Origin: Euprymna scolopes
Taxonomy: Eukaryota
DNA length: 64,000 bases
Assembly: GCA_053919585.1 (NCBI GenBank)
Contig: CM132817.1
Direction: 5' to 3' (one strand)
Each line of letters begins with the position of its first letter. Within the stretch, counting starts at the first letter, position 1. The translations under genes were made by a program, and so were the position numbers. Below, piece by piece: positions 14,401 through 25,396 of the stretch. The notes under the pieces were generated by a model. The model was not told the DNA's origin, did not search any database, and saw nothing but the letters and a program-made list of their open reading frames with translations.

Positions 14401-17400
14401 GCAATGATTGAATATCTCGATATTGTAACCATATTGTTTCATCCAGCAAACAAAACTCTGTTGACATGCAATGTTTACTACATAGAATTGATTGAATATC
14501 TTCATATTGTAACCATATTGTACTGCAATAATTAATTCACAATTGATTTAATATCTTGATATTGTGATAATCCTTGGTCATCGAGCAAATAAACCTCTGT
14601 TTACATGCAATGCTTATTGCATAGTATTGATTGAATATCTGGATATTGTAGCCATATTGTTTTCTGTAGCAAATAAACCTCGGTTGCCATGCAATGCTTA
14701 CTGCATAGAATTGATTGAATATCCTCATATTGCAACCATATTATTTATCAAGAAATAAATCCCTGTTTACATGCAATGCTTATTGCATATAAGTGATTAA
14801 ATATCTTGATATTTAAACATATTGTTTTCTCGAGCAAATAAACCTATGTTGATATGCAATACTTACTGTATGGGAATGCTTTAATATCTTGATATTGTAG
14901 CCATATGGTTTTCTCAAGCAAATATACCTCTTTTGACATGCAATGCTTATTGCATTGAACTGGTTGTAATATCTTGACATTGAAACGATATTGCTTTCTC
15001 AAGTCAATTAACCTTTGTTAATATGCAAGTCTGACTGCATAGAATTGATTTAATATCTTTCTATTGTAACCATATTGTTTTCTGAAGCAAATAAACATCT
15101 TTTGACATGCAATGCTTACTGTATAGAATTGATTAGGTATCTTTATATTGAAACCATATTGTTTTCTCAAGCAAATAAACCTCTGTTGCCATGCAATTCT
15201 TACTGTATAGCACTGATTGAATATCTTAATATTGTAAGCATATCGCTTTGACAAGCAAGAAACCTCTGTGTATACTCTATGCTTTCTTAACAGAATTAAT
15301 TGAATATCTTGATATTGAAACCATATTGTTTTCTCTAGAAAATAGAATTTATTGAATACCTAGGTATTGTAACCATATTGTCTTCTCAAGCAACTAAACC
15401 TCGGTTTACATGCTATTCTTACTGCACAGAATTAATTGAATATATTGATATTGTAACCATTTTGTATTCTCCAGAATATATACCTCTGTTTACATGCAAT
15501 GCTTACTCCATAGAATTGATTGAATATCTTAATATGGTAATTATATTGTTTTCTGAAGTAATTAAACCTCTGTTTACATGCAATGCTTACTGCACAGAAT
15601 TGATTGAATATCTTGATATTGTGAGCATATGGTTTTCTCAAGCAAATAAACCTCCGTATACAGGCAATGTTTACTGCACAGAATTGATTGAATATCTTAA
15701 TATTGTAATCACATTGTTTTCTCAAGCAAATAAACCTCCGTATACAGGCAGTGTTTACTGCACAGACTTGATTGAATATCTTAATATTGTAAGCATATTG
15801 CATCCCAAGCAAATAAACCTTTGTATATATGCTATGCTTTCTGCACAGAACAAATGTAATATCTTTATATGTTTTACCATATTGTTTTTTCAAGCAAATG
15901 CACCTTTGTTAACATGCAATGCTTACTGCATAGAATAGATTGAATATCTTGATATTGTTACAATATTGTTTTCTCAACCAAAAAACCTCCGATGACATGC
16001 AATGCTAACTGCATAGAATTAATTGAATATCCTGATATTGTGGCCATATAGTTTTCTAAAGAAAACAAACCTCTGTTGACATCCAATGCTTATTGCATAG
16101 AATTGATTGAATATACTGATATTGAAACACTATTGTTTTCTGAAGCAAATAAACCTCTGCTGACATGCACTGCTTACTGCATAGAATTGACTTAATGTCT
16201 TGACATTTTAACCATGTTGTTTTCTCAAGAAAAGAAACCTCTGCTGACAGGCAATGCTTACTGCATAGAATTGATTTAATGTCTTTATATTGTAACCATA
16301 TTGTGTTTTCAAGCAAATAACCTCTGTTGATATGCAATACTTATAGCTTAGAATGGATTAAATATCTTTATATTGAAACTATATTGTTTTCTAATGATAC
16401 TTCTCTCTGTTGACACATTATGCTTATTGCAAGAATTGATTGATATCTTGATATTGTAACCATATTTTGTTCTTAAGCAAAAAAAACTCTGTTGACATGC
16501 AATGCTCATTGCATAGAATCAATCATTATCTTGATATTGTAGCCATATTCTTTTCTTAAGCAAATAAACCTCTGTTGACAGTTAATGCTTACTGCATAGA
16601 ACTGATGAAATATCTTGATATAGAAAGAATAGTGTTTTCCCTAGGAAATAAACCTCCATTTACATGCAATGCTAACTGCCTAGAAATGATTGAATATCTC
16701 GATAATGTAAAAAAAAAATTTTTCAAGCATATACCCCTCTGTTGACATGCAATGCTTATTGCACAGAATTTATTGAATATGTTGATATTAGAACCATATT
16801 GTTTTCCCAGGCCATTAAATGTCTTTTGACATGCAATAATTAATACATAGAATTTATTTAATATCTTGATATTGTAACCATATAATTTCTCCAGCAAATA
16901 TATCATTGTTGACATGCAATACTTACTGCATAGAATTGATTGAATATCTTGATATTGTAAATATATTGTTTTCTCAAGCAAAAAAAACCCTGTTGACATT
17001 CCATGTTTATTGCATAGGATCGATTGAATGTTTTGATGTTGAAACCATTTTGTTTTCTCAAGAAAATTAACCTCTGTTGATATGCACTGATTACCGCATA
17101 GAATTTATTTAATATCTTGATATTGTAAATATATTGTTCTCTAAAGAAAATATACCACTGTAGACATGCAATGCTTACTGCATAAAATTGATTAAATATC
17201 TTGATATTGGTACCGATATTGTTTTCTGCAGCAAAAAAAACTCTGTTGAGATGTAATCCTTATTGCACAGAATTGATTGAATATGAGGATATGTAAACTA
17301 TATTGTGTAAATAAAGCTTTTTACACATGGCATGAGTAATGCATAGAATTGATTGAATATCTTGATATTGAAACTATTGTGTTTTCTAAAGAAAATAAAC

Positions 17401-20400
17401 CTCTTTTGACATGCAATGCTTTCTGCATAGAATTGATTGAATATCGTTATATTAAAACCATATCTTTTGTTAAGCAAATAAACCTTTGTTGACATGCAAT
17501 GCTTACTGAATGGAATTAATTGATATTGTAACCATATTGTTTTCTCAAGAAAACAAACCTCTAGCGACATGCAATGCTTATTGCATAGAATTGATTAAAT
17601 ATACGGATATTTAAACAATATTGTTTTCTGAAGCAAATAAACCTCTGTTGACATGCAATGCTTACTGTATAGAATTAACTTAATGTCTTGATATTGTAAG
17701 CATATTGTTTTCCCAAGTAACTAAACCGCTGCTGACATGCAATGCTTACTGGATCGATTTGACTTAATGTGTTGATATTGTAACCCTATTGTTTTCTCAA
17801 GCAAGTAAACCTCTGTTGACATGTAATGCTTTTTGCAAAGAATTGATTGAATATCTTGTTATTGAAACCATATGTTTACATGCAATATAAAATAAACCTA
17901 TGTTGACATGCAATCCTTACTGTATATAATTGATTGAATATCTGTACATTTTAACTCTATAATTTTCTCAAGCATATAAACCTCTGTTAAAATTCAATGC
18001 ATAAAATTGATTGAATATCTTGATATTGTAACCACATTATTTTCTCAAGCAAATAAACCTCTTTTTACATGCTATGCTTATTGTATAGAATGGATTGAAT
18101 ATCTTGATAATGAAACCATATGTTGACATGCAATATAAAATAAACCTATGTTGACATGCAATCCTTACTGCATACAATTGACATAGAAACCATATTATTT
18201 AATAAACCTTTGTTTATGTGCACACCTTACTGCATAGAATTGATTGAATATCTTGATATTGTAACGATATTTTTTTCTCAATTTTTTATTGCATAGAATT
18301 GATCGAATATACTGATATTGAAACAATATTGTTTTCTCAAGCAAATAAACCACTGTTGACACGTACTGCTTACTGCATAAAATTCATTGAATATCTTGAT
18401 ATTGTAACCATGTTGTTTTCTCAAGCAAATAAACCTGTGCTGACATGCAATGCTTACTGCATAAACTTGATTGAATATATTGATATTGTAACCATATTGT
18501 TTTCTCAAGCAAATAACCTCTGTTTTCATGCAATGCTTATTGCATAGAATTGATTGAATATCTTGGCATTGAAACCATATTGTTTTTTAACGAATATAAC
18601 CTCTGTTTACATGCTATGCTTACTGCACAGAATTAATAAAATATCTTGATATTGTCACCATATGATTTTCTCCAGCAAATATACCTCTGTTGACATGCAA
18701 GGCTTACTGCAAACATTGATTGAATATCTTGATATTGTAACCATATTGTTTTCTCAAGAAAACAATCATCTGTTGACATGCAATGCTTATTGCACACAAT
18801 TGATTGAATATCCTTATTTTGTAAACATACTGTTTTCTCGACAAAATATACCTCTCTTAAAATGCAATGCTTACTGCATATAATTGATGTAGTATCTTTA
18901 TATTGACACCATATTGTTCTCTCAAGCAAATAAGTCTCTGTTGTCATGCAATGCTTACTGCATAGAATTGATTGAATATCTTGATATTGTAACAATATTG
19001 TTGTCTAAAGCAAACAAACCTCTGTTGATATTCAATGCTTATAGCATAGTATTGATTTAATATCTTGACATTCTAAACATATTTTTCCCAGCAAATAAAC
19101 CTCTGTTGACATGCAATGGTTACAACATATTATTAATTGAATCTCGTGATATTTTAAACATATTTTTTGTCATGAAAATAAACATCTGTTTACATGCAAT
19201 GCATATTGCATAGAATTTATTGAATACTTTTGTATTATAACAATAATGTTTACTCAAGCTAATAAACCTCTATTGACATGCAATGCTTACTGCGCAGAAG
19301 TGATTGATTATATACATATTAAACCATATTGTTTTCTCAAGCAAAAAAAAAACCTCTGTTGATATGCAATGCTTACTGAATAGAATTGAGATAATATCTT
19401 TATATTTTAACCATATTGTTTTCTCCAGCAAATAAACCTCTGTTTACATGCAATGCTTACTGGAAAGAATAGATTGAATTTCTAAATATTGGATCCATAT
19501 TTATTTGTAAAGCAAATAAACCTCTCTGGACTGAATATTCTAATATTGAAACTATATTGTTTTCTCAAGGACATAAACCTCTGTTTACATGCAATGCTTT
19601 CTACATAGAATTCATTGAATATCTTGATATGGTAAGGGTATTGTTTTCCCAAGCAAATAAACCTCTGTCGACATGCAATGCTTACTGCATAGAATTGATT
19701 GAATTTCATGATACTCTAACCATATTGTTTTCTCCAGGAAATAAACCTCAGTTGACATGCAAAACTTATTGCATAGAATTAATTGAATATGTTGATATTG
19801 TGACCACATGGTTTCTCAAGCATATAAACCTCTGTTGACATGCAATGCTTATTACATAGAATTAATCAATTTTGTAGCTATATTGTTTTCTCAAGAAAAC
19901 AAACCTCCAGTGACATGCAATGCTTACTGCATAGAATTGATAGTGTTACAATATTATTTTCTCAAGCAAATAACCTGTGTTGACATGCAATGCAAATTAC
20001 ATCGAATTGATGGAATATCTCTATATTGTTTCCTCCGGCCAAAAAAATCTCTATTTACATGCAATGCTTACTGCATAGAATTGAGTCAATATCTTGATAT
20101 TGTAACCATATTGTTTTATCAAGCAAATAAACCTCTGCTGTCATGCAATGCTTACTGCATAGAATTGATTGAATATATTTATATTGTAACCATATTTTGT
20201 CTCCGCAAATAAACCTCCGTTGACATGTAATGCTTACTGCATAGAATTGATTCAATATCTTTATATAGTAACCAGATTATTTTCTAAAGCAATCAAAAAT
20301 TTGTTGACATGCAATGCTTACTGAGCAGACTTGATTGAATACTTGATATTGAAACCATATTGTTTTCTAAAGCAAATAAATCTTTGTTTTCATGCAATGC

Positions 20401-20927
20401 TTACTGCATACAATTGATTGAATATCTTGATATTGAAACCAAATTGTTTTCACCAGCTAGTAAACCTCTGTTGACATGCAATTCTTACTGCATACAATTG
20501 ATTGAATATTTGAAGAGTGTACCATATTGTGTTCCCCAGCAAATACACCTATGTTGATATGCAATGCTGACTGAATAGAATTGACTGAATATCTTGATAT
20601 TGTAACCATATTTTTTCTCTAGCAAATAAACCTCTGTTGACATGCAATGCTTACTGCATAGAATTGATTTAGTATCTTGATATTGTAACCAAATTCTTTT
20701 ATCAAGGAAATAGACCTCTGTTTACATGCAATGCTAATTGCATAGAATTGATTTAATATCTTGATTTTGTAACCACATTGTTTTCACCGCCAAATAAACC
20801 TTCGTTGACATGCAATGCTTACTGCATAGAATTGATTCGATATCTTGATATTGTAACTATATTGTTTTCTCCAGCAAATAATCTCTGTTGACATGCAATG
20901 CTTACTGCATTGAATTTATTGTGTATC
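11401..20927. repeat. 84-bp tandem satellite, block 2
   Basis: Same 84-bp consensus; units are diverged and contain kb-scale internal duplications. Confidence 0.96.
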
Positions 20928-21288
20928 TGTAAAGTCGAACAGAATTAAGGAAGAAAGCGACCACGTGTCTGCGTGTGTTGTCTTCCATGCTTGGAGGATC
21001 ACAGGGAGGGCAGTAATTAAAAATGGCGACTTTAGTTTTTGTAAGATTATCGAGCGATGACGTCACCCCTCACGTGACTGTTTTTCTTGTCGCCAATTGG
21101 CTGATGACGAACTCTTTGACAATAAAAGGAGTATGTTCAGAAGATCGAGGACAGTGTGTATCAACTGCATCAGTGTGATTAGAAGGTCGACGTGTGTGTT
21201 AATCAACTGCCGTAGTTGTGAAACGAATTCCAGCTTTAGAAGTTCGACGTGTGTGTTAATCAACTGCCATAGTTGCGAAACGAATTCA
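20928..21288 (+). repeat. 5' LTR (304 bp plus 57-bp tandem duplication of its 3' end)
   Basis: Aligns with 25093-25396. Contains AATAAAAGG near 21121. Segment 21179-21235 is repeated at 21236-21292. Confidence 0.92.
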
Positions 21289-21300
21289 AGCTATTTCGGC
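21289..21300 (+). promoter_or_regulatory. non-canonical primer-binding site complementary to the 5' end (nt 1-12) of tRNA-Phe
   Basis: AGCTATTTCGGC directly follows the LTR terminal CA. Its reverse complement GCCGAAATAGCT is the start of metazoan tRNA-Phe(GAA). The same 12-mer sits at the same position in the second Gypsy (45039-45050). Confidence 0.8.
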
Positions 21301-21303
21301 GAA

Positions 21304-22046
21304 ATGGGGGAAAAATCGACCTCAAATTAATACCAGAGTTTGATGGATCCACCCCGGTACTTGACTGGGTGGAAAAGGTGGAATTACATTGCCTTTTGTC
21401 TGGCGTAAAAAACTTCGAACATGTTGTTCCTCTGCGTTTGTCCGGCGGCGCCTTTGCGGTGTATCAATAGCTCAGCCATGAAGGCAAACAGGGCTACGAG
21501 AAAATCAAGGCGGGTCTGTTCAAGGCGTTTGCGATTGACCCCACCACTGCTTGGGAGCAACTTGAGGCAAGGACCTTATGTCCAGGCGAAACAGTCGACA
21601 TGTACTTGGCAGAGCTGACGAAGTTGACAGTGTTGTTTGGTGGACTGCCTTAGCGGACCTTGGCATGCAAATTCCTAGCAGGACTCCCAGCAGGAGCAAA
21701 GCAACTACTACGAGCTAGTTCAAGTGCAGATTCGTTGCCCCTTAATGACATAGTAGATCGGGCCAGGACTCTAATGATGAATTACTCCGAGATGAGGGGA
21801 CCAGTAATTGCTGCTGCTCAGTCCACACCGAATGATAAGAAACTGTATCAGGGACCCGGTCCACGTGGTGGAATCATATGCTACAGATGCAATGGACAGG
21901 GCCACATTGCAAGGAACTGCCGGCAACAACCAACGGCTGTTCGCTGCTACCGGTGTAAGGAAACTGGCCATATAGCTCAAGAGTGTCCGGAAAACGGAAC
22001 CGGGGACAAGGCGTCAGCGCCGACCTCTTCCCCACGCAGAAATTAA
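21304..22046 (+). pseudogene. gag: Gypsy gag (early frameshift and two in-frame stops) with two CCHC zinc knuckles
   Basis: IDLKLIPEFDG...WVEKVEL N-terminus; knuckles [14 protein letters not shown] and [14 protein letters not shown]; stops at 21468 and 21651. Confidence 0.9.
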
Positions 22047-25000
22047 ATGAGACGCAGCCGGTCATCACGATATATATCGACGAAACACTGTGCTCAGCAC
22101 TCCTCGATTACGGGTGCTCTCGCACTATCGTATGTGTAGATCTCTGCTACACTGGGAAAAAGAAGAACGTCAGAGTGACTACCATCAGTGGAGAGACGCG
22201 CACATGTTGCGGGGTGGGCAATGTAAACATTCGGACGAAAAATGAAAGCTCCGCTACCCTAGAGGCGCTGGTAGTGCTCGAAAAAACCCTGAGTTTTGAC
22301 CTGCTCCTAGGATATGATGCCATCAGAGCCCTTGGTGGTGTCTATATAATGGCGATGGGGGTGGTACATTTTCAGGAGAAAGCCCCAGTGTGTGCTGCGC
22401 TTAGGATCGACCAACCAGACTTCAGCGTCGAATTTGACGAGCAAAAGAGAGCTTGGACTGCTTGATGGAAATGGTCGGAAAACCGGGAACCAGCCAAACT
22501 GCAGAATGGAATAACTGAATACCATGTGCCCGACCACATGAGGCCCGCGTACGAAGAAGAACTTCGCAAATGGATCGAGGATGGTTGGCTGATTCCCTAC
22601 CCCTACAAGGAACTTGGACCTCCTAAGGGTCTGATCCCATTAATGGCGGTTGCTCAGCACAACAAAGCCAAAGTCAGGCCGGTAATGGACTACCGAGAAC
22701 TGAACTCGTATGTTGATGCGTTCACAGCTGATGCTGACGTGTGCGCTAGCAAACTACGAGAGTGACGCCAGCTGGGTTCTAATGTGTCCCTGTTGGATCT
22801 GAGAATAGCATATCTGCAGGTCCGGGTTAGCGAGACAATGTGGCCGTTTCAGACGGTAGTGTTTGCCAGTAGGAGGTATTGCCTCACAAGACTGGGCTTT
22901 GGGCTGAACGTTGCACCCCAAATAATGAAGACAATTGTCAATGCTGTATTGTCACAGGATAACACAGTAAAAGAGGGGACATCAGCATACCTTGACAACA
23001 TATACGTGAATGAAGACATTGTGCCATCATCACGTGTGAGGGCCAAGTTAGCCGAACTTTGACTGATGAGTAAGGATCCAGAACGCTTGGAGGATGGCGC
23101 TCGTGTCTTGGGGTTGAGCGTTCAACAGGAGCGAGGGACCTTGAAGTGGGGGCGTGGAACTGCAGTTCCTGAAGTGCCCCATGTCCTCACCAGGCGGGCT
23201 ATATTTTCCCGGTGTGGAAAACTGGTGGGACACTTACAAGTATGTGGATGGACTCGGGCCGCAACAGCCATCATGAAGAGGAGGGTGAGTGCAGTTACCA
23301 AAAGATGGGATGACGAAACGGCGGACAATCTCTTGCTGCGCATGGTGAAGGAGACCATCACAAGAGTCAAGCAGGAGGATCCCGCTAAAGGAGATTGGTG
23401 CGTCCAGGGAGACAGGCTAAATGTGTGGGTGGATGCGAGCTCCCTCGCGATTGGAGCGCTATTGGAGATGAACGGGTCTGTGATTGAGGACGCCTACTGG
23501 TTGCGACCAATAGATGCTGCTGCTCACATCCACCTGGGAGAGTTGGATGCGGTAATAAAAGGAATACACTTGGCACTCAAGTGGAAAGTCAAAGAATTAT
23601 GCATACGCACAGATTCGCTGTGCGTACACCACTGGATAGTTGACACACTAACAGACAAAACGAGAGTGCGCACCAAGGCGGCTACCGAAATGCTAATCTG
23701 ACGAAGGTTGGAGACAATAAGGAAGTTGGTGGAAGAGTACTGCCTATCGGTGAATACGGTGCTTGTCACTTCAACCTGCAGTCTTGCTGATAGACTTACC
23801 CGTGTGCCCCAGAGATGGTTCGATGCAATGAAGAAAGAAGCCGAACCAGAGTCTTTATGTGCTGCCTCTGTTGAGGAGACGGATGAAATCAAGAAGGTAC
23901 ACCATGACAGTGGACACCCCGGAGTGAGACGGACATATTATTTCGTACACTTAACTAACCCGTCAGTGTCCAAAAGCAAAGTAGAAGTAGTGGTCAAGGA
24001 ATGCCAAATATACCAGTCAATCGACGCTGCTCCCACCAAATGGCAGAAAAGTCGGCTGGAAGTCGAAGAGAATTGGAGTCGACTAGGCATGGACATAACC
24101 CATTATGGTGGTCAGCACTTCCTCACACTGATCGATTGCGGACCAACGAGGTTTGCGATCTGGCGACTATTAACAAGACAGGACTCGGCTAGTGTTATCC
24201 GTCAATTAGAGTCCATATTTTACGAGCGGGGACCACCTGAAAAGATTCTCACTGACAACGACACAGCCTTTTGCAGCGGAGAATTCAGGTGTTTCGTAAA
24301 CGAGTGGGGGATTCGGTCTAGACACAGGTGTGCGTACGTACCGAGTGGCAACGGTATAGCGGAGCGGTGCCCCCGAAGTGTGAAGAGGATAGCAGTAAGG
24401 AAGCAATGTACGATTGCAGAGGCAGTATATAGGTACAATACAACACCAAAGGATGACGCGACTGCTGAAAGAGCACCTGCTAATGCGATACATTGCTATC
24501 GAGTGCGTGTTACGGGCATTGACGCCTACCTGCCTAATCAGAAAAGGACGCAAGGACGGTACAAGTTAGGGGACACCGTCTGGGTAAGGCCTCCCAATAA
24601 CCGATGTACGACCAGTTTCAGAAGAGGACGGATGACCGGCATAATTAGGGAGCAGGCTGTGCTGGTTGATGGTACTCCACGGCATGTGAGGGATGTCCGG
24701 CCCGCCCTTGATACAAACCAAATGGTGAACAGCGAAAGTGATGAATCATCCAATGATGAAATTTGGATCCGACCTATGCCCCATTGCCGTGATGACATGG
24801 CTGAGAACCTCAGCACAGATGGCGATAGTTCCAGTGCCTCTTCTGAGAGCCCCAATGACGATTGAGCCCAGCTTGATGGAAGGACTGCTGGCAACGTTAA
24901 TGGCGACAGGTCTGTTACCCCTTCTGAGAGCCCGGATGAAGATGGAGCGCAGCCGGATAGTAGGACTGTGGACACTGACCCAAGTAGCCCTGATGAAGAC

Positions 25001-25180
25001 AAAGAAGTCCAGCTAATCCCCCTCCGTAGGAATGCTCGTAACAAACGACCGCGGCCGCAATGCCGCATGTGTGATCTTGAGACCAGAGGGGGTGTAAAGA
25101 CGAACAGAATGAAGGAAAAAGTGACCACGTGTCTGCGCGTGTTGTCTTACCTGCTGGGAGGATCACAGGGAGGGCAGTAA
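21989..25180 (+). pseudogene. pol: Gypsy pol (protease, RT, RNase H, integrase) with five in-frame stops
   Basis: ORF pieces 21983, 22526, 22784, 23066, 23708 and 24968 are all in one frame, -1 relative to gag. Motifs: ALLDYGC and LLGYD (protease); RPVMDYRELN, LGFGLNVAP, YLDN (RT); VDAS and IRTDS (RNase H); HHDSGHPG, GMDI, ILTDND, GNGIAER (integrase). Confidence 0.93.
25085..25092 (+). promoter_or_regulatory. polypurine tract
   Basis: AGAGGGGG immediately before the TGT of the 3' LTR. Confidence 0.85.
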
Positions 25181-25396
25181 TTAAAAATGGCTGCTGTGGG
25201 TTTTTTTAAGATCATGGAGCCCTGACGTCATCCCTCATGTGACTGTTTTTCTGGCCGCCGATTGGCTGATGACGAACGCTTGGAAAATAAAAGGAGTATG
25301 TTTAGAAGATCGAGGACAGTGTGTATCAACTGCATCAGTATGGTTAGAAGGTCGACGTGTGTGTTAATCAACTGCCGTAGTTGTGAAACGAATTCA
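25093..25396 (+). repeat. 3' LTR (304 bp)
   Basis: TGTAAAGACG...GAATTCA; homologous to the 5' LTR, roughly 10% divergent by eye. Confidence 0.93.

Larger units (their letters stand above)
20928..25396 (+). mobile_element. full-length decayed Ty3/Gypsy LTR retrotransposon inserted in the 84-bp satellite
   Basis: Paired ~304-bp LTRs (TGTAAAG...AATTCA), gag-PR-RT-RNaseH-IN order, PPT AGAGGGGG before the 3' LTR, and flanks GTATC / ATATC (imperfect 5-bp TSD) in register with the satellite. Confidence 0.96.
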
